A stretch of 51,844 nucleotides of DNA, counting the filler, from Sphacelaria rigidula (taxonomy: Eukaryota): the NCBI GenBank assembly GCA_964200075.2. It is 3 parts of 3 records of this genome, joined end to end, with 100 filler letters (N's around TTAATTAATTAA, not from the genome) between each part and the next. Parts side by side here need not be neighbours in the genome. Positions count along the whole stretch, not along the records: positions 1 to 17,220 come from CAXNAA020001138.1; positions 17,321 to 34,533 come from CAXNAA020001139.1; 1 more part is not named here. One strand, 5' to 3'. The translations under genes were made by a program, and so were the position numbers. Below are positions 13,038-23,738 of this stretch, piece after piece. Numbering within the stretch: position 1 is the first letter of the stretch; the number at the start of each line of letters is the position of its first letter. The notes under the pieces were generated by a model. That model searched no databases. It was given only the letters and a program-made list of their open reading frames with translations, and had not been told where the DNA came from.

Positions 13038-14411
13038 GAATATACTCTATCTTGGCAATTTTTGGGAGTATTCTTAAGGCTTTTTTTTCAAGTGTTTTTT
13101 AGAATTCTCGAAAAATTCTCAAAACCGTCCAATTTTAGTACCCTACCTGCCCACTACACCATTTTAGCAATGGACTTGTCCCCCAGCACACCCACACCTC
13201 GCGAACGGGGCGCCGAGATATTGGTTGGTGGCCGCTACGCAAGGGCGGTAGAGATCACGATGGGCATGCAGCCAGAGTTGTCCCGTGAAAAAGGCGTGAA
13301 ATACGGCCATTTTTGGACAGACTGGTTTTTTGCGGTCGTTCGGCCGCATGGTTCAAGCACCGGCTGAAAACGAAGCAAAACATGCATTTTACTCGAACAA
13401 CACCGGAGATTCCAACAATGAACTCGAGAAACAGATCGGACACGGTTGAGGGCCCGTACACATTCAGGTATGCACACGAACCCCCGACTCCGACTCTCAA
13501 AACGTCAAGTATAGCTCGGAACGGAGTATCTTGCACACACACGCATTGTTGCATGTTATCCGGGCAGGCAGTGAAACATCTGCGTATCTTCGGCTGTCAT
13601 CCCACCCGGCACATGCCACAAACGTGGTTGAGAAAGGTCTGGCCGACAGCGTAGAACGTGCAGTGTCGATGGCAAATATGAGGGCAATTGCTGGGGGCCA
13701 CGTCGGCGACGGAGACGCAGTACGAGAGGAGCCCAGTCTCCAGTCGTATGAGAAACACAGTGCGATTGCATTGTCCTGTGATTCTGGGGCGCCACGCGGG
13801 GTCGTCGATGGTGCACCCACACAAACCGAGGGGGCGGTGGGTGGGGGTGACGACCGGACGACCGCGGAGCTCGCAGAGTGAAAAAGTAGAGAGTCGATCA
13901 CCCAGGGGAGGCCCCACGTACAAAGTATCTAATACCTGGGCATCAGAAGTGAACACCCGGGAGCTATCGGCATCGACCGCGCCGACAACAATCCTCCACG
14001 AAGTGGGTCCTGTCATCACTGAGTCCTCCGGTTGGGTTGCCGGGCGACTTTTCAACGCCCTCGGGACACTGGAACAAATGACCGGGGTCGCCGTGCTCCT
14101 CGAAACCAACACCCTCCAACGCTTCGAGATCACGATCGAAGCGAGAAAAAAAGGCTGCTTGTGCTGCTGCGCCTGACCTCGCCACAGGAACGTGTCCAGA
14201 CGTCGGCAGCGCATCTGCGGCGGGGCGTGGAGAAAAGGGGGCTGCATCCATGCCAACGACACGGGCTAGCGGCGATGTGATGAGGGATCGGGAAAAGCAA
14301 AACTCACCCGCCAATGGCCGTTCTGGTCAACATCGGAGGCACGGTGAACGAACGAGGATCACGACGCGACGCAGTAGTGCATAGGGTCATCCCGGAAGTC
14401 GTGATAGCTGT

Positions 14412-14990
14412 ATGATGGAGCAGTCGCCGTCGGCTGAGTCGAAAGCCGCGAGTGGAAGCAGCGGTCGTGGACGACCGAAGCGGGCCTGTGGTCGCGAGGA
14501 GTGCGGCATCACGTGCCTCCTCGTCGAAGGTCAGTGGTGTATGTGCTCATGTTGTGGTCAGGCACACAACCCTGCATCGCGGCTACGCGTGGCGTGCCAT
14601 CGACCGGGGCGCGGCGAAGGAACATTCTGGGGTTATCTCGGTCCTGCACGGGTTGCAGAGGCAGAGATAATCCTGGACAGAGTGAATGGCAGTATCGCGC
14701 GCCCCGCTGCGCTTCTGCGGAGCTACCAACCGAGTTCGATTTGCTTGTGCAGCCGGGATGATTGCTTCCTGCCCTCCTTCGAGCGACACAGACGTCACAG
14801 CGATAGGCAGAAGACGCGTTGTCACACACCTCCAACGGAAGACCTCACTCCCGATCCTACCCCCGCCGACCCGGACTTCGTAGTAGAAGTACGCGGGAAA
14901 GTAATAGCCAACCTTGAGGCGGTGCGAATAGTGAGCCTGGAGGAGGTTCAATCGTGGCTGAGAGAAGCTAAAACACCACACTGGCACTGA
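14412..14990 (+). pseudogene. Cys-rich ORF, probable N-terminal zinc-binding part of the downstream transposase
   Basis: ATG start, CGREECG, CMCSCC, CLCSRDDC; same strand as and directly upstream of the transposase remnant; linkage is inferred. Confidence 0.45.
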
Positions 14991-15474
14991 CTGTCGCTAC
15001 CGGCGCGACCGGGATCAAGCGATGGCGATTTTCGACACGGTGGTGAGGGGCGGCACAGCCAACGCCAAGATGGAAAGTATGAGCGGGGTTGAGGAGGTCG
15101 CAGGTGATTGCCGACGGAAGTCCGTGTAACTGCTGCCTTTGGCAGTGGCGCCCGAGGTAGCAACGTCAGTTGATATGGATCTTAAAACTATGCGTGCCAG
15201 GATGCGAGAACTCGAGCGTGAGGTCTCACTTCTTGACGCCCAGCTCCACGATGACCCGCCCCTCGTGTCCGCGCTTTAGAGCTAAAGGGTCCGCAGAGGA
15301 TGAACGGGCGATGGCGAGAGCGCCCAGATCTATCGTCAGGAAGGACATCGAAGGTGCCACAGAACTGCGTACTGTGTTGGGAAACGCGACTGAAAAATAT
15401 GCTGCCGACTGGAGGGAACAATCCGCCCCGCGGAAGATTCCCTGGAGCATTATACACCGTCGACACTGCTAGAC

Positions 15475-17055
15475 TTGCTTGGCAGTATGTGCCATGTGGT
15501 GGTACAGGCTGATGACCCGGGGTTGGGGCTCGCGGCAGGCGGGGACGCGACAACAAGGACCACAGGTGTGTCAAGTGCCAGCGCTATGGGAAACTCAAGT
15601 GCCACCACAACAGCTCATGGATCGACTCAACGGGAGAAGGCTTTGCAGGAGGAGAGGAAGAGGAAATTGTAGGTCGGCAGGCTCAATGTGCTGGTACAAA
15701 ACCTCGTGAAGCCTGCTTCAGGTCGAAAATTCAGGGTGATGCATGGCTTCAGTTTGGCGCGCGTGTTAAAAACGCACGGCACACTCGTGGCGGTCATAGA
15801 TTACGTAGCCGCTCGCGGATTTCGCATGACCGAGTCTATGCGATACAAGCGCAAGCAGTACTTCGTGCACTTGAGGGTGGACAACCACCAGATTTCGCTT
15901 GCGTTGATAGCTGCTTCGATCCATTGGGACAACTGCGACGTTCAGACCACGATGGCTGCTACTGGGGGGGGAAGTGTATGCGTGTGCTGTGGCTGCCACT
16001 CGCGTGGTTGTGTAAACCCCGGGTGGTGATCTGTCTCTCATACAGAACCATCGCACGCAAAATCAGCTCGTAATCGCGGATGTAACGACGGGACCACACT
16101 GGCACATGGATGACGAGCAATGGGATAAGTACCTCTCCGTGTTCGATGAAGCAACTTTCCGATGCGCCGCGGCAAGGATCGTAGTCGAGGGTAGCTCCAT
16201 CGACATTTGCTTGAAGCCTTGAACTTCGACAGGTGAGATGAGAGTTGTCTGTGCCTGTGTTTGCCGCGTTTGAATGCCTGCGCGAAGTCGATTTCTTAAC
16301 CTCCGGCGGCGGTGATTGGGTGTGTCGCCAGTCCACTCCAGCGTCATCTCTCGCGTGCTAGTACCGGCTGTTCACGCCACAGTCGCAGTGCCCCGCTGAT
16401 CTTGACAAATTCCTCCCCCATGGATTCCGCGGGAGTAGGGAGGGTTGGATTTTCCTGTAAACGCTATTTGGTTGCCCCCACCAAGGGATCACACTGTCGT
16501 CTTCACCTCACGTAACAGCGTAAGCCGCAACACGAACGTTGGCAGCGTATCACAAGGTGTGTCGGAATGATGGTCCAACCCAATATACCGGCATGCATGG
16601 CTTACAGCAAGGTAGTTGCGGCATGATCCTTTGACCCGGCGGATACTCTCATCACGGGGCCGGGGTTTAAGTCGTGACTTGAAAATATGCAACACTGTGC
16701 AACAGCGACCTCATCAGCTCTCTCTTTCCCGCGCCGTTGAAAGTCCGGGGCAGGCAATACCTTCGATGCAGAGGGAGCCACAAGTGTTCAAGTATCTGTT
16801 CATGCAGTTGGGGAGCACGAAGAGTTGGGCTAACTCGAAAGCCGCGATTGACCGCATTACTAACATATGCTGCGTGGGTGAGAGGGGCGCCCCTGCGGCG
16901 TGTATGGTTGTCGTTGACGAGTAGACGTTTCGGTTTCGGTACCACCTGATTCAAAGCAACGCCCGCGAATATCAATGGCTCCGGACATACGTGGATGACT
17001 GACATCTCATACATCACATGGCGAAGACAGCAATGAAGCGATATTGGGGGGGGGG
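15475..17055 (+). pseudogene. Decayed DDE transposase, Academ/DUF6589-like
   Basis: Reading through stops and frameshifts gives ...LARVLKTHGTLVAVIDYVAARGF...IHWDNCD...ATRVVV*TP... then MVVVDE*TF...YQWLRTYVDD*HL..MAKTAMKRYWGG. This matches the DNxD, (G)DQxT and (G)DWH motif order I recall for Academ-type transposases. Confidence 0.65.
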
Positions 17056-17220
17056 GCGGGGGGGTACTCATTACCATGCATGCCGTAGCCTTGGGACCAT
17101 CGACCTCGCATCCCTACAAAGCCGGGACGGAGCACGCCGGGTTTTTCACCGGATCAGGCTCGCACTCAGTCACCAAGCGCGAAGCGCCATGGTGTGCTCC
17201 GCGAGTCGCATGAAGGTTGA

Positions 17221-17320
17221 NNNNNNNNNNNNNNNNNNNNNNNNNNNNNNNNNNNNNNNNNNNNTTAATTAATTAANNNNNNNNNNNNNNNNNNNNNNNN
17301 NNNNNNNNNNNNNNNNNNNN
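17221..17320. other. Assembly gap with artificial TTAATTAATTAA linker
   Basis: 44 N + TTAATTAATTAA (17265-17276) + 44 N; stops in all six frames. Confidence 0.95.
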
Positions 17321-19749
17321 TCGCAGCCGGTTCGTTGGATGGTGCCGGTGCACTTTTTGTGGGGGGGCTATCTCGGCATTAGTCTGTTGGTAGTAGCTCA
17401 AACCGCCGAACTAGGAGCGCAGTTGAGATGTATCCCGTGGCATGGGCACATCTGTAACTGCGGCAACCTTGTTGAGGTTTGGACTACGACCCTCAGGAGT
17501 GATACAGTGGTCCAGGAATTCGATGCTAGTCGCTCCAACGCGGGATTTGGACGGGGCAAGTTCCAAGATGTGCTGTTCGAAGCGAGCAAGAAAGACGCCA
17601 AGTGCTCGGTACGTTCGGAAGTATGCTACCGCGTATTACCGCATCGTCGGGGTACACATGGCACTTAGAATCCATCTCTCACACGAAACACCACACGTTT
17701 ACACGCCCCGGGGGCGCCGGCGGCACCTTGTTGTGTTATCAGCCATTCGTAAGCCTGACGGTGTACAGCACGCCGTCAGTTCTTTAGATTGCGGGTTCAT
17801 CACAAGTTGTTGGTAAGCTGACGCACTTTTCTTTCGTTGTGAAAGGCATCATCCATGATTACAAATCCACGGAATAGATCCGATCCAAACTCTGGCAAAA
17901 CCTCTGCAGACAAAGCGTGCTTGTATTCGTGAGCAGCTGCGCTGAAATACAGACGCTGATGATCCTTCGGAGCAAGATGTCTTCCCGAAGATGGATTGGG
18001 GCACGTAGTGTCTTTTGGAGTTATTAGGGAGTCTGCCGAGTGTTAAACTTCGTATACTGTAAGGGATGGACGATGCCTGGAAAGGGCAGTTGTCGTGGCT
18101 GGCCGCGATAACTTTTGCGTTTGGTTTGAGACCTCTTGGTTGGCCGCAACAAGTAGCGGAGCGTCAGCATGCGAAGCTGGCGAAGTTACAGCATGTAGTA
18201 CGGGCGAACGAGGGGACATTTCGGCAAAGAGTGAAGGCGATTTGGCTGCATTAGTCAATGCGCTACCCGTGTTAGTTGGGGACAACGTTGGTAAAACAGG
18301 GGACGAGTGGTCAAGCGTGGACGACTCGTCGACCACTACGCTATGTTTTCTTTGTGATGAAGACTCAGACAGGGGGTTTCCATGACAAGGAGACGAACGC
18401 CCAATTTGGCAGCAAGGTATCTGACCCAAGAGATGACAACGCGATTTAGTGGTGGGTTCTAACATAGTGTGTGAGGGGTCGGCAGGGAGCAGTGTTGATC
18501 GGATCGAAATCTGGGAAACACCGGCCTGGTCGACAGAATCGCCTTTATCTAATGAAACCCACACCCGTTTACGACTTCGGTCGACGGGCGCAACGGCGTC
18601 ATCAGGGATATCTACAGCGTCATCCGCAGGAGCCCGCCGACGGTTACGCGTATAGCGCATCAAAGGTTAGGCTGTTCCAGGGTCCATTGGAAGTTGGTCA
18701 AGGACAGTCCTCCCTCGGTCACGCTCGTAGAGCTCCACCGACGCTGTGCTTAGGGTTCCTTCCCAACCCGCTGAGCGACGGAAAGCCGGGTTCGACACGA
18801 TTGCGCTCCGTGTTCGAAAAAATACGCTCACGAAGTAAAAGGGGACCGGGCACCGACGTCATGTCGTTAGTGGGTGTAACAGGGGTCGGCTCGGCACCTA
18901 AGCCTGTTTGGGGGCTGGTGTATGGCCTCGAGGTTTTTACCCTACGATGAATGGTCGTAGGGGTAACAGCTACCGCGCCAAACGATGTACCTCCTTCGGG
19001 GGCGGGAGGTGTTACACTACATGACTGCCGATCTCGCGAGGACAAAGGATCCAACTGGTTATGAGTAATACCACTTGGAGGTAGAACTAGGTGATCAGCT
19101 CTAGAAATCAGACACTGGGGCTGGTCATTGCGCAAGTGGGTGTCATGCAAAGATGCACGGGGTTTTGCTGCCATGGAACTCATCATGGCAGTCTGATCGA
19201 GCCCGATGTACCCTCACCACGAACCTGAACCTGTGCCGGCCGACATTGATTTAGTTCTGTGACGTGTGTCTACTGCCCGAGCGAAAGAGAAGGGGGGGGC
19301 ACTTCCGCGGCGTGTTGCCGTCAATCGTTGGTTCCCTAATGTGGGCCTGTGGCAGACAATGAGGAATGAAAGCAAAGTGTATTCAAAGCAGGCAGAGGAC
19401 GACGGCCTAATTTTGAGGCAGTGGTACACTCTGGATCGCCTCACTACGTGCTCATTTGAAAACGTGGGGTTTGTGATTTCCGAAACATCTTCAAGTAGCG
19501 CGTGTAGCATTAGTGGAGGGGCAGAAATCAATCTGGCGGGGCTTAACCGTTTTGCGAGGTCCAATCACGATGGGGCGTCTGCCATCTTATGATTGACTCT
19601 GTGCATACGGATGAAAGGCGCCAGAATGAGATATGGGTAGGCTCGGGCCGAAAGTCATTGTGCCCGAGCCTCAACTACGACTGATTGCACTGTGGCTTGA
19701 GATTGCTGTGATCACCACCGTGGTTACAATATCAAATTGGGGGTGGTTG
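17321..19749 (-). mobile_element. pol: Older decayed Ty3/Gypsy element: RT fragment and gag-pol spacer
   Basis: Minus-strand peptides ELTACCTPSGL.EWL, ELAPSKSRVGATSIEFLDHCITPEGRSPNLNKVAAVTDVPMPRDTSQLRS*FGGLSYY and LPEFGSDL are homologous to the younger element; protease and RT N-half appear deleted near 17830. Confidence 0.85.
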
Positions 19750-19771
19750 TTTGGACACTTTCTACGATAGC

Positions 19772-20283
19772 TGTAATAAGGAACAAGCGGTGTGTATAAT
19801 GCAAGGACACAGCTTGCAGCTCAAGGCACAATGCAAAGACACAGCTTGTAACTCAAGGCACAAGCTTAGCAGGCAAGCGTAGAACCGTCAGGCTGTTACA
19901 ACTTGTAAAGACCGTGTGACCTGCTCAGCATCCAAATATCGGACGTGTTCTCACGCAATAGGTTCTTCACTTCTTCTTGGATATCTTGATTCTTACTCCA
20001 GTACCCAATCAATCAATCCAACCCAAAATACGTCTCACCGATAGTTAGACTTCTTTTGCTGGAAAGCAGTAGGGGAGCAATTGGTAGTGATTGATGGTGC
20101 GAGCTTTGGTCGTGGAAACAGCGACCAAAGCAATTATTATGCCTGTAGTTATACAGTTTCACGTTCGTACCCGACCAACTCTGAACAGACCTGTAGTCTT
20201 GGCTACCGAAACAAAGTAAATAGCCAAACTCGACCACGGGTCTGAAGCGGCATGACAACATGCTAATATGTGTCTTCATGACA
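19772..20283 (-). repeat. 3' LTR (512 bp)
   Basis: TGTAAT...CATGACA on +; about 14 substitutions versus 33521-34032 by eye (~2.7%). Confidence 0.97.
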
Positions 20284-20297
20284 ATAACCCACCTAGA
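20284..20297 (-). promoter_or_regulatory. Putative polypurine-tract position (AGGTGGGTTAT on -)
   Basis: Immediately precedes the 3' LTR; only moderately purine-rich. Confidence 0.4.
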
Positions 20298-20602
20298 CCA
20301 ACCTTTATTACAGATGCGAGGATTTATCTTCGAAGCAGCGAAAACTAAGGTTTTCCTTTACTCGTAAAGTCATGAGCGGCTAATAGAGCATACCTAGAGG
20401 AACACTCCTGTGCCTAACAATCCCGTACCGACAATCCTGTACCCACTCCCACACCTCAAAAGAAGGGAAGTATAGACTGCTTCGAGGAGCAGAAAAAACT
20501 GCTCCAAAACGAGGAAGCACAAACTGCTTCGGCGTGCTAGCGATCAACGAAGAAGCACAAAGTGCTTCGGCGTCCTAGCAAAAGTCAAGGGGAAAACCAG
20601 GG

Positions 20603-20732
20603 AGGTATAACAGGGAGCAGAGCTCTGACCTGGGGGAAGCCAAAGGTACAACAGGGAGCACAGCTTAAACCTGGGGAAATCCAAAGGTACAACAGGGAGC
20701 AGAGCTTCAACCTGGGCGGAACCCCAAGGTGC
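20603..20732. repeat. 41-bp tandem repeat x3 in the 3' untranslated region of the element
   Basis: AGGTA(T/C)AACAGGGAGCA.AGCT...ACCTGGG repeated three times. Confidence 0.85.
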
Positions 20733-21029
20733 TAGAAACTGCAAGATCGAAAATCTGAAAATCGGGGATCCAGCGAGATCGAGCACCAGATGAAGGGGAT
20801 ACCATAGCTCCAGTAGTCGTAGGTAGTGGTCGTCCCAGTAATTCTTGATTGTCGTCCGATGTAGGTCATGCTGTTGTGGTGTCGTAGAAGAGGATCCTGG
20901 TGCAGAAGGGAGGGCAGACGGAAAAAATGGGGGTGGGGCAACAGTCGCGACAAGAAGCGTGGTTCAAAACGGGGCGTGGACGCCGTGGGTGTCGTCGATG
21001 TTGCGCTGGAGATCCGGCGAAGTCCTTTG

Positions 21030-22103
21030 GACTTGAGGTGCTGGAGACACCAGGATCCGCGTGGTGCAGATGGGCTGGTGGTGTATAGTGCTGGCCGAAG
21101 CTTGAGCTGTATGGGTCCAGGGTCATCGATGAAGCGCACGACCGAAACCAGATTAGCGGATGGGGGTCTGACCCAACTACCAGAGGTTATCCCTGCCTTT
21201 AAACCAAAGGTGGCTGCCCTTGGGCAGGAGTTGCTGGTTCGCGAAGAACTTCGTTTTACAAGTCTTGGAGGGTACAAGTTCGTAACCATCGGCGACAAAG
21301 CGTAGTCCCTGATTGCGGTGAAGTTCGCGGGCTACTGCGCCACGGCGCATGTTGCGATATTTCTTGTTGTGAGCAAGATGCTGATGTTGGGATCGCGTCC
21401 AGTAAAGGAGGATTGCACGGCGGTGCAATTGCAGGTCGGATTCGCGTTTCCAAGACGCTCTCCGAAGACCGTGCCAGTGTATCTTATACATGACAGCGAT
21501 CTTGCCTCCTCGACCACGGGTTATTTGATGGCCGGAAATGAAGGAAACAATCAATCGAAGGGGCTGTTCCGTCACGTCGTCGGTTGTAACGTGGTAGGGC
21601 GGGGACTTGGTCGAGTAGCTGTTGAGAACATACGGTGCGAGTCCGGCAGGCAGGTACTTGGGCATGTCACTTGTAACATGCGGGCTCGTGCAGGGTTTGC
21701 ATCCGTGCACGGAGATGCGGGGCTTGGTGTCTTTGCCCTGGAAGTCGCGAGGCAAGTCGAGATAGAGCAGTTTGTCACCAACGGGTTTTTCATCTGGTAA
21801 TGATGACGATGGTCTGACTGTCAGGATCTTGAATGGTCCAGTCAGATTGAGGCACAATTTTGTCTTCAAAATTGTTTCGTTGGCTGCCTTGCTGGTGCCT
21901 TGGCGGATGGTCGACAAACTGTTGTAGATCCGAACCCAATCACCAACTTTCCAGTTAGGGCGTTTGTGCAGTAGGTTGTAGAGAGCAGTGTTAGATCTCT
22001 CCAGGCGCGAGGCGTTGATAGCGTGTTGTTCGCGCACGAGGGTGAACGCTTTGCGCTGGCGTGCATGCGTTAGCTCGTGGTAGGATATCTGGTCCTGATC
22101 CAA
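21030..22103 (-). pseudogene. pol: Integrase C-terminus: GPF motif, chromodomain and additional Tudor-like segment
   Basis: NLTGPFKIL; ISGHQITRGRGGKIAVMYKIHWHGLRRASWKRESDL (chromo pattern Y-x-I-x-W-x-G...W); then KGSHLWFKGRDNLW*LG / VVRFIDDPGP. Confidence 0.85.
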
Positions 22104-23738
22104 TCCTTGGTGTCCGTCGAACGTGTGGCGCTCAAAACGGTGATAGGCAGCCGAGGGTAACGTCCAAGATGGAGTTCGTTCGGAGAAAGGCCTGTGGCGG
22201 CATTAAACGAGTTGTTGTAAGACAACATGATGTGCGAGAGATGTACGTCCCAGTCATTTTGGCGGTCATTGACAACCACAGAGAGCATCTGGGCCATGGT
22301 GTGATTAACTCTTTCGGTACCACCGTTACCGTTCGGGTGGTAGGGGCTCGTCGCAATTTTGCGGATGCCCAGGAGCTTATAAAGCTCATTAGAGAGATCT
22401 GAGCAAAATTGCTGACCATTGCCTGAAAGTAGTCGCTTTGGACAACCGTAGTGCTTAATGTAATCTTGGACCAGCATGTCGGCCGTTCTGGCGGCAGTGA
22501 AATCTGCGTTACCGCGTACATAGACGCGTGGCGGCTAAAGCAGTCAGTGAAGAGGAAGGTGTAGTTGTTGCCGCGACCTGTGGTTGGTAGAGGACCGAAG
22601 TATCAAAGGACACAAGGTGACCGGGCTCGTCGGGGAGTCCCATAGAGATGGCGGGCCAGCGTACTGTCTGTCGTGAAGTTTTTCGGGCTTGACATTTAAA
22701 GCATCGCCGAATCCAGAAGCGGGTTGAAATTTCCATTCCAACCCACCAGTAGAAGCGTTCCAAGAGCGCGAGGGTGCGGGTGACGCCAAGGTGATATGAC
22801 AAATCTGTGTGGCAGCCTTGCATGACCCAGGGGCGCATCAATAAGGGCACATATACGCGCGTTGGTTTGTCATTGAGTAGTCGTGCGGTGTGTCCCGTAG
22901 TTGAGGCGGTAATTACGCCTGTCAAGGGCGTGGGCCGACGTACGAGTAGTTGCACGCTTTCATCCGTGGTAGAAAGTGTGCCTTTACGCACGAGCTCGTA
23001 TACATCAGAAATAACTGGTGGTGGCAGTGTTCCAACCAGGGCCAGAAGTGTGGATGGAAAAGGGACTGGGCAGTCAAGTTGTAAGTACCGGATGGCTGTG
23101 CGACATAGCGGTTCTGCGTGTTGTTCGCGAGCCCAATCGCGGTGGGAGCAGCTGGCGACAAACTCGCGTAGTTGACCTTCTGCTGGCGAGCCGACCAAAC
23201 ATGGTAAGTCAGGCGGCGGGGGAAGAGGCGACGGGGCAGAAATGCCGACGTCAATATCTGTTCCGGGAGCAGGAGACGAGGCGTCAGTTCCGTGCTCGGG
23301 GGCAGAAGATGTTTGCGGCGCCGTTATTGAAGGCGGGGTTGTATCAATGCGCGGCGAAGATTGTCCGTGGCGCGTGATGCACGGTGCAGACGTTTTCGCG
23401 GAGCTTTGCGTGTTGGTCCGTGGAACTTGTGCTGGGTGGCTCATAGAGGTTGCAGGTGTTGTCGATGGCGGCGAGGCACTCGGTGTGGTGCGGGCGGCAG
23501 ACCGGGAGTGTGTGTTGTCGGAGATAAGGCGGGTGACTGGGGGTGTCTCCGCGAAGAGTTTCGCGCGAGTACCGAAAGTGCGAACATCGACAAAATCAGA
23601 AGTAGTGGGCTTTAACCCACCCAAGTCGGCGTCATAGAGAGCGAGGTCCTCGCATATGCATACCGGTTTCCGGGCACTGGAGGTCGAGGGCGTAAACGGG
23701 CGTTGAAAAACGTATAATCGCGTAAATTTCGGGTTCAT
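22070..23738 (-). pseudogene. pol: Integrase HHCC zinc finger and rve core, frameshifted
   Basis: CHTDLSYHLG...RFYWW...CFKCQARK; LLSGNGQQF (catalytic D changed to G); TSPYHPNGNGGTERVN. Confidence 0.92.

Noticed and set aside
16690..16720. CTGATGAG on the minus strand suggesting a hammerhead ribozyme
   Set aside because: No correctly placed GAAA or stems; it lies within the transposase remnant
17265..17276. Palindromic TTAATTAATTAA inside N runs (also 34578-34589)
   Set aside because: Identical 100-bp construct at both gaps with stops in all six frames; a scaffolding linker, not biology
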